Below are positions 19,079 to 28,622 of a stretch of DNA of 64,000 bases, piece by piece (position 1 is the first letter of the stretch; the number at the start of each line of letters is the position of its first letter). The stretch is from Gemmatimonadales bacterium (GTDB lineage: Bacteria; Gemmatimonadota; Gemmatimonadetes; Gemmatimonadales; GWC2-71-9). The notes beneath the pieces were generated by a model that worked only from the letters and a program-made list of their open reading frames with translations, did not search any database and had not been told where the DNA came from. Position numbers and translations under genes: made by a program. The DNA lies in assembly GCA_037045245.1 (NCBI GenBank), contig JBAOHR010000009.1, positions 75,241 to 139,240 on the forward strand, in the 5' to 3' direction.

Positions 19079-20939
19079 GTGCGGATAAGGCCCTCGCAGC
19101 GCGGCGAGGGCCAGGGAAAGTTCATCCCGGCGAACGCGGAGGACACGCGCCACCAGCGCGCCTCCCTCCGGAGCGCCTGGCGCGAGTCACGCGACCTGCT
19201 CCGGCAGCACCGCGCGCGCCTCGGGGCCGGCGTGCTGCTGATGGTGATCAGCCGGGGGGCCGGGCTCGTCCTCCCCGCATCGTCCAAGTACCTGATCGAT
19301 CACGTGATCGTCGCCGGCCAGTACGACCTGCTCCTGCCGCTGGCCGCCGTCGTCGCCGTGGCGACCCTGGTGCAGGCCGGCACCGGCTTCGCGCTGTCCC
19401 AGGTGCTCGGCATCGCGGCCCAGCGCGCCGTGGCGAACATGCGCCGGCGCGTCGAGGCGCACGTGCTCCGGCTGCCGGTGCGGCAGTTCGATGCGACGCA
19501 GGTCGGCGTCCTCGTCTCGCGGATCATGACCGACGCCGACGGGCTCCGGAACCTCGTCGGCACGGGCTTCACCGAGCTGCTCGGCGGCCTCTTCACCGCG
19601 ACGGCCGCGCTCGCGGTGCTGATCTCGATCAGCTGGCAGATCACCGCGGTCGTGATGGTGGTGCTGGCGATCTTCGGCGCCACGCTCGCGATCGCCTTCT
19701 CCCGGCTGCGGCCGGTCTTCCGCGAACGGAATCGCCAGAGCGCGGAGGTCACCGGGCGGCTCGCCGAGACGCTTGGCGGGATCCGGATCGTCAAGTCGTA
19801 CGTGGCCGAGCGGCGCGAAGACCTGGTCTTCGCGCGCGGCATCCACCGGATCTTCCGGAGCAGCGCCATCTCGATCACCGGCTGGTCGCTGATCAGCGCG
19901 ATGACCACCCTGGTCATCGGGGCGATTGCGGTGATCATGATCCTGCTGGGCGGCAACGCGCTCCGTGCCGGCGCGCTCACGCTGGGCGACCTCGGCATGT
20001 ACGTCCTCTTTGCCGGCCTGGTCGCGGCGCCACTGATCCAGATCGCCCAGGTCGGGACGCAGGTCGCGGAGGCGTTCGCGGGACTCGACCGGATCCGGGA
20101 ACTCCTCGACCTCCCGACCGAGGACCAGGAGGATGCGGGGCGGCTCCCCGTGCCGCCGCTCCGGGGCGAAGTCCGCTTCGAGGATGTCAGCTTTGCCTAC
20201 GTGCCGGGGGTCCCGGTCCTGCGCCACGTCTCGTTCGTGGCGCCCGGCGGGCACGACGACGGCCCTCGTGGGCGCGAGCGGGTCCGGCAAGAGCACCCTG
20301 CTCTCGCTGATGACGGCGTTCAACCGGCCGACATCGGGCCGCATCCTGATCGACGGACTCGACCTCGCCTCGCTGCGGTTGCGCGAGTTCCGCGGGCGAC
20401 TCGGGATGGTGCTCCAGGACAACTTCCTCTTCGACGGGACGATCCTCGAGAACATCCGGTTTTCGCGCCCCGAGGCGACGCTCGCGCAGGTGCGGGCGGT
20501 CGGGCGGATCGCGCACTGCGACGAGTTCATCGCGCTCTTCCCCGACGGCTATGACACCATCGTGGGCGAGCGCGGCATCAAGTTGTCGGGCGGGCAGCGG
20601 CAGCGCGTGGCGATCGCCCGCGCGATCCTGGCGGACCCGGCCATCCTGCTGCTGGACGAGGCCACCTCGTCGCTCGACAGCGAAAGCGAGGCGATGGTGC
20701 AGGAGGGATTGGAGGCGCTGCGCCGCGGGCGCACCTCATTCGTGATTGCGCACCGGCTCTCGACCATCACCAGCGCCGACCGGATCCTCGTGCTCGAGGC
20801 CGGCGCGGTCGTCGAATCAGGTACGCACGAGGAACTGCTGGCCCTGGGTGGCCGGTACCACGCGCTCTACCAGCGCCAGTACCGCCGGGAGCGCAATCGC
20901 TTCACGAATCCCGGCGAAGAGCTCATCCCCCCGAGCTGA
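19079..20939 (+). pseudogene. ABC exporter, fused TMD-NBD (MsbA/ABCB-type); one frame break at Walker A as written
   Basis: The six-helix TMD lies in ORF 19079..20554, ending ...VRFEDVSFAYVPGVPVLRHVSFVAPGG. The NBD lies in ORF 20133..20939 (TTALVGASGSGKSTLLSL...[16 protein letters not shown]...LLLDEATSSLD...VIAHRLSTI). The break is near 20248 in a GGG run. The 3' end overlaps the convergent GT gene by 17 nt. Confidence 0.88.
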
Positions 20940-22158
20940 CGTCCGCGGCGCCCGCCTCCCCGCGCACGTCCCGGATCAGCGCGAGAAAACGCTCCACCAC
21001 GACCTCCTCCGACCAGTGCGCCGCGACGGCCGGTTCCGCCCGGGCGGCAAGGTCGTCCCGGTAAACCGGGTCGTCCACGAGTCGGCGCAGGATGCCAAGG
21101 AGCTCCTCCGGCGTCCGGAAGAGTGTGCCGGCGCCCGACCGCTCGGCGACTTCGGGGGCCGGACCGATGTCGCGCGCCACGAACGGCACCCCCGCCTGGA
21201 GCGACTCGATGAGCACGCGGGCGAATGCCTCGAAACCCATGGAGGGGGCGATCGTGGCGATGGCCCCGCGGTACAGGTCGGCCACCTCCGCATGGGGGAT
21301 CCGTCCGAGGAAGTGCACGTTGGGCAATGGCTGTGCAAGCGCCCGCAGCGCGGCGCCGTGACTCCCGTCGCCGGCAATGAGGAGGTCGACATCCGGCAGC
21401 GCCCCGAAGAGCGGGATCACGTCGTCGAGGCCCTTGATATGTTCGAGGCGGCCGACGAAGAGGAAGTAGCGTCGTGCCCGGCGCGGGGGCGGCGTCGCCG
21501 GGCGGCGCTCCGGCAGGAAGTTCGGCAGCACCGTCATCGGCTGCGTGATCCCGTGCTCGCGGTGCTTCTGGCGACTGAATTCGCTGAGCGCGATGATCAG
21601 GTCCATCCTCGCGAGGCCGCGCGAGATCGCGCCGGTGTGGCGCCAGAGCTGCGGCGGCCGCCGGTAGGTCAGGCTGCAGCGCACGCAGGTGCGGGTCGTG
21701 CACGGCTCGCGCCGGTGACGGAGCAGCACGTGCGTGGCGCAGACGAGCCAATGCTCCCGGGCGACGTAGACGGTGGTGGCCGGCGTCGGCCAGGCGAGCA
21801 TGCCGGGACCACCGATGAGCGACGGGTTGTGATAGACGATCACGTCGAAGCCGCCGCCCTGCACCAGGGCCCGGAGTCGGCGGCGGTGCACGACCGGCGC
21901 GCCGACCTGCTGGACCAGCGCGGCGGAAAACGTCGGCCACCGGCTCCGGAGGGCAATGACCTCGATCCCGTCGTCGGCAGCGGTCGGGTGGTGTGGCGGG
22001 GGAGGATCGGGATGGAGGGCCGCGAACGCTTCGGCCGAGTGGACCACGGTCACCTGATGCCCACGACGAACCAGCGCCTGCGACCATTCCCGGACGCTGA
22101 TCGCGTCGCCGCCAAAGGAGTGCGGCGGATAGAAGGTGCAGACCATCAGGAAGCGCAT
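20923..22158 (-). CDS. Glycosyltransferase, GT-B fold, family 4-like
   Basis: ORF 20923..22215, with the start set at ATG 22158 (MRFLMVCTFYPPHSFGGDAISVREWSQALVRRGHQVTVV). The C-terminal half has the GT4 pattern YFLFVGRLEHIKGLDDVI...LLIAGDGSHG...FLGRIPHAEVADLYRGA...PSMGFEAFARVLIESLQAGVPFVA. Confidence 0.8.
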   Translation of the reverse strand: MRFLMVCTFYPPHSFGGDAISVREWSQALVRRGHQVTVVHSAEAFAALHPDPPPPHHPTAADDGIEVIALRSRWPTFSAALVQQVGAPVVHRRRLRALVQGGGFDVIVYHNPSLIGGPGMLAWPTPATTVYVAREHWLVCATHVLLRHRREPCTTRTCVRCSLTYRRPPQLWRHTGAISRGLARMDLIIALSEFSRQKHREHGITQPMTVLPNFLPERRPATPPPRRARRYFLFVGRLEHIKGLDDVIPLFGALPDVDLLIAGDGSHGAALRALAQPLPNVHFLGRIPHAEVADLYRGAIATIAPSMGFEAFARVLIESLQAGVPFVARDIGPAPEVAERSGAGTLFRTPEELLGILRRLVDDPVYRDDLAARAEPAVAAHWSEEVVVERFLALIRDVRGEAGAADVSSGG

Positions 22159-22174
22159 CGCGACACCCGATCCA

Positions 22175-22247
22175 TGGAGCGGAGGGGAATCGAACCCCTG
22201 ACCCCCTGCTTGCAAAGCAGGTGCTCTCCCAACTGAGCTACCGCCCC
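22175..22247 (-). tRNA. tRNA-Ala (anticodon UGC)
   Basis: The reverse complement reads GGGGCGGTAGCTCAGTTGGGAGAGCACCTGCTTTGCAAGCAGGGGGTCAGGGGTTCGATTCCCCTCCGCTCCA (73 nt). It has a 7-bp acceptor stem with the G3:U70 alanine identity pair, a D loop AGCTCAGTTGGGAGAGC, an anticodon loop TTTGCAA and a T arm GGTTCGATTCC. No CCA is encoded. Confidence 0.93.
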
Positions 22248-22377
22248 GACGCCGGGGAAGGTAGCGCGGTGCCCCCCGACGAAAAAGGCGTCAGGGGGGG
22301 ATTACGTTTCATCAAGGCCGCCCCCGACCGGGTGCCCAATCAGCCGCCTCACCATTCTCTGCCCGGAGTGCCTCGCC

Positions 22378-22842
22378 ATGCCCTTCTCGCGTCCCGCCGC
22401 CCTCGCCCTCGCCGTTCTCCTCGTCGCCGCGTGCGGCGATTCCGGCACCAACTCCGGCAATGAAAGCACTATGACGGCGACGGTCGCCGGCAGCGCCTGG
22501 AGCGGCACGCTGGCCGTGCAGGGCACCCACAATGGCAACGTGCTGGCCATCAGTGGCACCAATGGCACCTACCAGCTCTCGCTGACGATTCCGGGCGTAG
22601 CCGCCACCGGCACCTTCAACTTCGGGCCGGGCAACCTCGGCATCGCCCAGCTGGTCCAGGTCACGACAGGCACGCCCGCGTGGACGACCTCCCTCGTCGG
22701 TGGCACCGGGTCGATCACCGTGACCACGCTCACCGCGACCCGCGCCGCCGGCAGCTTCTCCTTCACGGGCGCCGCGTCGCCTGGCACGTCGGCGACCGGG
22801 ACGCGGGCGGTGACGAGTGGGTCGTTCGATGTGACGTTCTAG
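22378..22842 (+). CDS. Small lipoprotein, unknown function
   Basis: Intact 154-aa ORF with a lipobox (LAVLLVAACGD) and a Thr/Gly/Ser-rich beta-type sequence (TATVAGSAWSGTLAVQGTHNGNVLAISGTNG...). I recognise no domain. Confidence 0.6.
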   Translation: MPFSRPAALALAVLLVAACGDSGTNSGNESTMTATVAGSAWSGTLAVQGTHNGNVLAISGTNGTYQLSLTIPGVAATGTFNFGPGNLGIAQLVQVTTGTPAWTTSLVGGTGSITVTTLTATRAAGSFSFTGAASPGTSATGTRAVTSGSFDVTF

Positions 22843-22943
22843 TCGTTAGTCGTTGGTCGGTAGTCATTTGCACTCGGAGGCCGGCTCCCACTACGGGCAC
22901 CGGCCTTCTTGCGGTCCAACAACGACTAACGACTAACGACTCA
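22840..22943. repeat. Heptad-periodic palindrome between convergent genes (TAGTCGT units), with an inner GC hairpin
   Basis: The left arm is TAGTCGT TAGTCGT TGGTCGG TAGTCAT (22840-22867) and starts with the lipoprotein stop codon. The right arm is AACGACT x3 (22921-22941) and runs into the dipeptidase stop (tca 22941-22943). There is a 15-bp perfect inverted repeat, 22841-22855 / 22920-22934. The inner hairpin is AGGCCGG (22878-22884) / CCGGCCT (22900-22906). Confidence 0.85.
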
Positions 22944-24261
22944 CGATGTCTTCTGCAGCTTCGCCGCCACCTTCTCCACCTCCCCCATCACCCGCAACAG
23001 ATTCCCGCCCCAGATCTTGGCGATCTGCGCCTCGGTGTAGCCGCGCTTCACCATTTCGAGCGTGACGTTGAAGGTCTCGCCGGCGTTCCGCCACCCTTCG
23101 ACGCCGCCACCGCCATCGAAATCCGAAGATGATCCCCACATGGTCGATGCCGATCAATTTGACCGCGTAGTCGATATGGTCGACGAAGTCGGCGACGGTC
23201 GCAGCGGCGTCGGCGGGATAGCGGCGATTGGTGATGTCTTCCTGGGCGGCGAGGTAGCGGTTGCGTGCCTCGTTCGGGAGCGCCTCGACCTGGGCCGTCA
23301 CCTGCGCCTGCTGGGTCGCGGTGATGCCGAACTCCTTCCGCAGGCTGGCGATCGCGTCGCGACGCGCGGAATCGCGCACGGCCGCGTCGGCGTTGCACTT
23401 CACATAACCGTTGAAGGCCACGAGCTGCGCGACGCCGCCATTCTTCGCGAGCGCCCGCAACTGCTCGTCGTCGAGGTTGCGGCTGTGGTTGCAGATCGCC
23501 CGGACACCGGAATGCGACGCAATGATCGGCGCCTTGGTGATTGCCAACGTCTGCATCATCGATTCCTTCGACGGGTGCGAAATGTCGATCATCATCCCGA
23601 CCCGGTTCATCTCGACGATCACCTCGCGACCGAGCGGCGAGAGGCCATGATGCAGCCAGACGCCGTCCCGTTCGCCGGTATTCGAATCGGAGAGCTGGGA
23701 GTGGCCGTTGTGCGCCAGGGACATATACCGGCCGCCAAGGGCATGGAACTTGGCGACGTTCGTGATGTCGGTCCCGATCGAGAAGCCGTTTTCGACCCCG
23801 ATGAAGATGACCTTCTTCCCTTCCTTGTGGATCCGCCGCGCATCCGCGGCCGTCAAGGCGAGCGCGGCCCGGGTCGGCGCGATCGAATCGACCAGCCGGT
23901 GGACCGCCGCAAACTTCTCCAGTGCCTGGGCGTTCGCGCGCGCGAAACTCGCCGGCGTAAGGTCTGCGGACTGTCCGACGTACGCAATCAGGAACGCGCC
24001 GCCGAGGCCACCCTTTTCCATCTTGACCAGGTCGACCTGCTGCCGGCCCGGGAGGTCGGTGCCGTAGTTGGGCATCCCGACGCGAAATGCCGACGGATTG
24101 ATGTCGACGTGGGTATCGATCGACAGGACCTTGTCGTGGATCGCGCGGGCCTTGGCGAGCAGCTTGGCGTCCGGGACGGCCGCTGGTGCCTGAGCGGCCG
24201 CTGGCGACGCGCCAATCGCGGTGAACAGCAGCAGCGGCAAGACGGAACGGAAACGGGTCAC
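22941..24261 (-). pseudogene. Membrane dipeptidase (peptidase M19, renal dipeptidase family); one frame break near the 3' end as written
   Basis: ORF 22933..24603 from GTG 24261 (GGAG upstream) begins VTRFRSVLPLLLFTAIGASPAAAQ. It carries the M19 blocks VLSIDTHVDIN, FLIAYVG, YMSLAHNGHSQLSDS, GMMIDISHPS, IIASHSGVRAICNHSRNL and IGIDHVGI. The C-terminus SSDFDGGGGVEGWRNAGETFNVTLEMVKRGYTEAQIAKIWGGNLLRVM lies in ORF 22941..23141. The break is near 23135. Confidence 0.88.
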
Positions 24262-24346
24262 GACGGGCTCCGGAGAGGAGGGAAACGATGATCGCGAGTG
24301 CGCTGGCTCAAAAGTAACGTCCGATCCGGCAGGTGGCCTCGGTCGC

Positions 24347-25705
24347 TCAGCGGGCCGGGGCGACAAGCTGTTCGGCGGCGCGCAGACCGCCGAGCATGAC
24401 CTCATGTACGGCGAGACCCGCACGCCAGGCGCCGGTGAAGCGCAGGCCCGGTCGGCTCGCTTCGAGTGCCGCTGCCGGTGCGAGCCGCGCCGCATGGCCA
24501 CGCGTCGCAATCGGCAGCGCCGCGCGCCACCGACGCACTTCACAGAACGCCGGCTCACCGGCCGCACCCAGCAGATCCCGCAGCTCCGCGCGCACCATCT
24601 CAACGATGCTCGCGTCGGTCATCTCGGCGACCTCCGGATGACGCATCCCTCCAGCGAACGCGGTGAGCAGCACGTGGCCTGCGGGGACACGTTCGGGGAA
24701 GAGTGTCGACGGGAAGAGAGTGCCGAGGATCCGACGCCCTTCACTCGACGGCGCGAGGAGGCCGGAGCCGTCGAGCGGGTGGGCAACATGTTCGCGTCGA
24801 TAGCCGAGCGAGACGGTCACCAACGAGGAATGCGGGATGGTCGCGACGCTGCGGGTGGCGTCGCCACCGGGGAAGTCGAGCTGTAACGACTCGAAGGCGC
24901 TCGCCGGGCAGGCGAAGATCACGCCGTCGACTTCCGCACTCGCGCCGTCGGCGGTGTGGACGGAATAGCCATTGTCGCGCGCGGCGACGCGCACGACAGG
25001 GCGCCCGGACCGAACCTGGGGCCCGAGCAGGGTCGCGAGTTGCTCGATGATTTCCCCGAGGCCGTGCCGACACGACCAGAGTCCGCCACCGAGTGCTTCG
25101 CCGCGTCGACGCGCCTGGCTGCGTGAACGCACGGCCCCCTTGAGGACCGAGCCACCGATCTGCTCGTACTCCACCAGCTTCGGGAAGGCGACGCGTACCA
25201 GCATTTGCGTGGGGTCCGCCCCGCTCGTGCCCGCCACCAGCGGATCGAAGAGTCTGGCGGCAACCTCGTCGCCGAAGCGTCGGCGCGCGAAGGCGTCCAC
25301 ACTCTCATCCGGGTCATTCCTCCCCTTCGCGACGAACGGCTCCTTCAACATGCGGAGTCGACCGGCGACCGAGAGGATCGGCGTCGCGACGAGATCGCCG
25401 GGCGAGAGCGGCAGGAGCTGCGGTGCACCATCGTGCACGAGGTAGCGTCGCTTCACCGCGTCCGTGGGGCGCACGATCCGACCGGCAAGGCCCGCGCGAT
25501 CGAGCAACGCGCGCACGTCGCGGTCGGGTTCGTTCACCGTATTGGGTCCGCATTCGGCCAGCCACCCGTCGCGGCGGATGGTCTCGATCGAGCCGCCCAG
25601 TCTGTTCGAGGCCTCAAAGACCAGCGGCTCGGCGTCGAGCTCCTGCAGCCGACGCGCCGCGACCAAACCAGCGGCCCCGGCACCGACGATGGCGATCCGA
25701 GGCAC
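24347..25705 (-). CDS. hemY: Protoporphyrinogen/coproporphyrinogen oxidase (HemY-type FAD amine-oxidase fold)
   Basis: Intact 452-aa ORF (GTG start). The FAD dinucleotide fold reads RIAIVGAGAAGLVAARRLQE...VFEASNRLGGSI. The sequence continues ...DESVDAFARRRFGDEVAARLFDPLVAGTSGADPTQMLV... and has a C-terminal ...TGAWRAGLAVHEVMLGGLRAAEQL, typical of HemY. Confidence 0.8.
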   Translation of the reverse strand: MPRIAIVGAGAAGLVAARRLQELDAEPLVFEASNRLGGSIETIRRDGWLAECGPNTVNEPDRDVRALLDRAGLAGRIVRPTDAVKRRYLVHDGAPQLLPLSPGDLVATPILSVAGRLRMLKEPFVAKGRNDPDESVDAFARRRFGDEVAARLFDPLVAGTSGADPTQMLVRVAFPKLVEYEQIGGSVLKGAVRSRSQARRRGEALGGGLWSCRHGLGEIIEQLATLLGPQVRSGRPVVRVAARDNGYSVHTADGASAEVDGVIFACPASAFESLQLDFPGGDATRSVATIPHSSLVTVSLGYRREHVAHPLDGSGLLAPSSEGRRILGTLFPSTLFPERVPAGHVLLTAFAGGMRHPEVAEMTDASIVEMVRAELRDLLGAAGEPAFCEVRRWRAALPIATRGHAARLAPAAALEASRPGLRFTGAWRAGLAVHEVMLGGLRAAEQLVAPAR

Positions 25706-25852
25706 GCTCAGCGGTTCTCGAACGCCGCTACGCCGGCACGGCGCGACCGACGATGGTTAGACGGAAGGTCCACGACTCAACCTGCACGTGAGGGGAGGAC
25801 GGGGGTGCCGCATGCCTGGGGGTTCCTGCGAAGATAGCGCAGACCGGCCGCG

Positions 25853-26236
25853 TCAGGGACGGGTGACGAGCGTGGCCCCCCATTGCGTGGCATCGAGCAG
25901 CGCGAAGGTCGCCCCGTCGGCCACCTGGTCCACCCGCACCACGTAGCGACTCGCGAGCGCACGATCGGGAATGCGGAGCACCGCGACCTCCCCGGCACCC
26001 GCCGGGCCGAGCAGCAGCAGGTGCGTGCCACTGCCGTCGCTCGTCATGGCCTCCTCGAGTCCGCCCCCGGGCACCACACTGGTCACGAGCCCGCCGCTCA
26101 CCGTGAGCACGATCGCACCGGCGGCCGCCCCTCCGGGTACCGTGAGGTGGACCGCGAGTTCCCCCGGCGTCGGTGGCACGGCGTCGGTCCCGCCACACCC
26201 CGCCACGAGCAGCACGACCATCAGCGTTCGGCGCAT
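25853..26236 (-). CDS. Small lipoprotein, unknown function
   Basis: C-terminal part of ORF 25853..26686 from ATG 26236 (MRRTLMVVLLVAGCGG lipobox). The start overlaps the stop of the M6 protease (ATGA). Confidence 0.55.
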   Translation of the reverse strand: MRRTLMVVLLVAGCGGTDAVPPTPGELAVHLTVPGGAAAGAIVLTVSGGLVTSVVPGGGLEEAMTSDGSGTHLLLLGPAGAGEVAVLRIPDRALASRYVVRVDQVADGATFALLDATQWGATLVTRP

Positions 26237-28520
26237 CAGCGCCCTCCCGCGCCGACCAGGCGCTGCAAGGCAGTGGGCAGCGGGCGTCCGGTCCGACGCA
26301 ACCACGCCAGCAGGTCGCCGACGTCGTAGCTGCCGTTCCGATTGCCGATCACGTCGAGATACGAAACGCTGGTCGGCGCGCGAGCGCCGGCGCCACCGAG
26401 CACCGCGGCCACCGCCGCAGGCAAGGTCGACCGTCACGGCCTGGACGAAGTCGGCCGTCAGATCGTAGGGATGCTGCACCGTGAGGTTCACGGTCGCGTT
26501 CGAGGTCGTGCTGTCGCCGCGCCAGCCGAGGAACTCGACCCCGGCCCCGGGCGCGGCGTCCAGTCGGACGGTGAGCCCGATGTCGAGGAAGCTCCCGGTG
26601 CCGACCACGCCGCTGACCGAAGTGGTGACGGTGCCGGGCCCATTCACCACGACCCGGATCACGGTGCGCCGCGGCGAAGTCGGCAAAGAGCGAATCGGGC
26701 GGCCCAGCGCGCGTGACCAATGTCTGGGTGCGGGCGCCGCCGTTGCTCCAGCCGAGCCAGCGCAACGCGCTCCGCCCGTCGAAGCTCGACTGGATCGAAT
26801 CGGCGGTGATCGTCACCGCCTCGCCGGGCGGGAAGACCTCGCGATACGTCTGGGCATTGACGCCGTTGACGCGCACCCGGGCCTGGGCGCTGCGCGAGGC
26901 GACCACCGTCGGGGCGCGGCGCAGGAAGCGGAAGTGCACCCGACCACCGGCTTCCGTTTGGATGCGGTCGACGCGCACCTGCAATGGGGTGCCATCGACG
27001 CGCGCCGCCTGCGGCACGGTCGCGAGGCCGAAATCGTGGTTCGCCGTGGTGCCGGGAAAGGGGTCGCCCCCGTCGCCGCGATTGCCGACGCCGGGCACCG
27101 CCGAGCGGAGCTGATTGAGCCCGTCGGCCTGCACGAGCGCCACCCCCTGACCGATGCCCGCGTTCACGGTGTTGCTCGATCGGGTGGCCGCGACGCGCGC
27201 GGCGTCGATCTGCCAGATCAGGAGCCCCGGCCCCTTGGCCCGACTGAACGCCGGATTCATCATCGCGGTGTCGCTGCCGACCCGCTGGCGATTCTCGAGC
27301 AGCAGGTAGGTCGAGGGATCGGCGGTGGCGCCGTAATACACGGTGTCCGCCGTTTGCACCGCCGGCGCCGAACGCTCGGCGCCGCTGCTCAGCGTGTCGA
27401 CGGTCACCCAGCCGAGCTCGACCAGCGACCACGCCTCGAACGATGCCGGCGACCAGGGCCGCGCGTAGTTGCCGGAACCCATCAGCCCCCACTCGCCGAT
27501 CCCCTCGGTGTTCGAGTTGGCGTCGGTGTCGTAAAGGTCAGGGAGCCCGAAGGCGTGACCGGTTTCGTGCGCGACGGTGCCCACCGGCATGATCTGTCCG
27601 GTGGTGCAGGCGGTGTTGCCACCGACCGCGCTCTGCAGCGTGTACGAGTTCACCCGCAGGAAACTGCCGGGAACGACGACGCCGCCGGGCCCGCGACGCG
27701 GCGTGCGCGTCAGGTACGCCTGGCCGCCATTCCACCCGGAGATGCGGAAGCGGTGCGCCCAGAGGCCGGTGCCCCCGCACGCGCCATCGACACGCGCCTG
27801 CAGGAAGGTCACGAAGTCGACGATGCCGTCGTCGTCACCGGAATTCGGCAGGCCATCGGGGCCGTCGTTGTCGTAGGCACCCCAGACGGTCGCGCTGTCG
27901 GCTCGCAGGGAGACGGCGTCGAGCGCGCCGAGGAGCAGGTCGGCCATCCGGCTCCGGACACGCGCGGGACAGGGGCCGTTCACCCCGATGCCGTTGCAGC
28001 CGTCCTCGTAGAAGCCGGCAGTGCTGTCCATCGTGACCCAGTCGAAGACCGCGCCATCGAGGGTGATCTTCCCGCGCGACTGGGCCGCATAGAACGTCTT
28101 CAGGCTCCACGCCTGTCCCACCGGGGCGGCCGAGAAGAGCACCTGCTGGTAGTCGGGAGCCGGAAAGGGGGCGACGACGTCGCGGAAGGCGATCGGGACG
28201 ACCGGAACGAAGTAGTTGCCGGTGACCCGGAGGCCCGCATCGTTGGCGTTCAGCCGGGCCAGGGCGCCGCCCCGGAGGATCGCCTCGCGGGTGGCCAGGA
28301 TCCGGGATGTGGCGAGGCGCCAGGCGCCGTCCGGCGCGATGTCGAAGCCCCGGACCTCGAACTGCCCCGGTCGGGCCCTGGGGTACTGCGCCTGCGCCGG
28401 CCAGGCGCCGAGCAGCGCCAGACCGACCCCGAGGAATCCCCGAAGCCCCCGCCGACGCCCCGGCCCCGTGGGGCCTGACTTGCCTTGTCTCGCCCCGCCG
28501 TCGGTCATAGCTTTCCCCAT
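26236..28520 (-). pseudogene. Secreted M6-family (immune inhibitor A-like) zinc metalloprotease; two frame breaks in the C-terminal third as written
   Basis: ORF 26349..28520 has a signal peptide (FLGVGLALLGAWPAQAQ) and the zincin motif TVAHETGHAFGLPDLYD with a downstream GEWGLMGSGN. The C-terminal beta domains lie in ORF 25853..26686 (VIRVVVNGPGTVTTSVSGVVGTGSFLDIGLTVRLDAAPGAGVEFLGWRGDSTTSNATVNLTV). The last 60 aa lie in ORF 26236..26424 (SVSYLDVIGNRNGSYDVGDLLAWLRRTG, dockerin/EF-hand-like). Breaks are near 26685 and 26425. Confidence 0.8.
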
Positions 28521-28622
28521 TGGCCAAGCTCCAACTTAGGCCCCATCCCTATCGAAGTTCCACCCGTAACTCCGCGAGGAACCGTGGCGACTGAGACACA
28601 CCCCACGCAGGAGGCCCAGGTG

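Noticed and set aside
19055-19095. Apparent 14-nt periodicity GTGACCGGACGCGG GTGATGGGGACGTC GTGCGGATAAGG after the receptor stop, as another member of the heptad family.
   Set aside because: The units are poorly conserved, with only GTG and GGA shared. There is no inverted partner, and the region overlaps the predicted exporter start. It is not convincing.
19089-19112. 9-bp GC hairpin (GGCCCTCGC agcgcg GCGAGGGCC) just after the first TonB-dependent receptor, as a possible operon terminator.
   Set aside because: It lies inside the only plausible 5' coding region of the exporter gene. No alternative ATG/GTG/TTG start lies downstream before the conserved N-terminus. It has no U tract. I left it unannotated.
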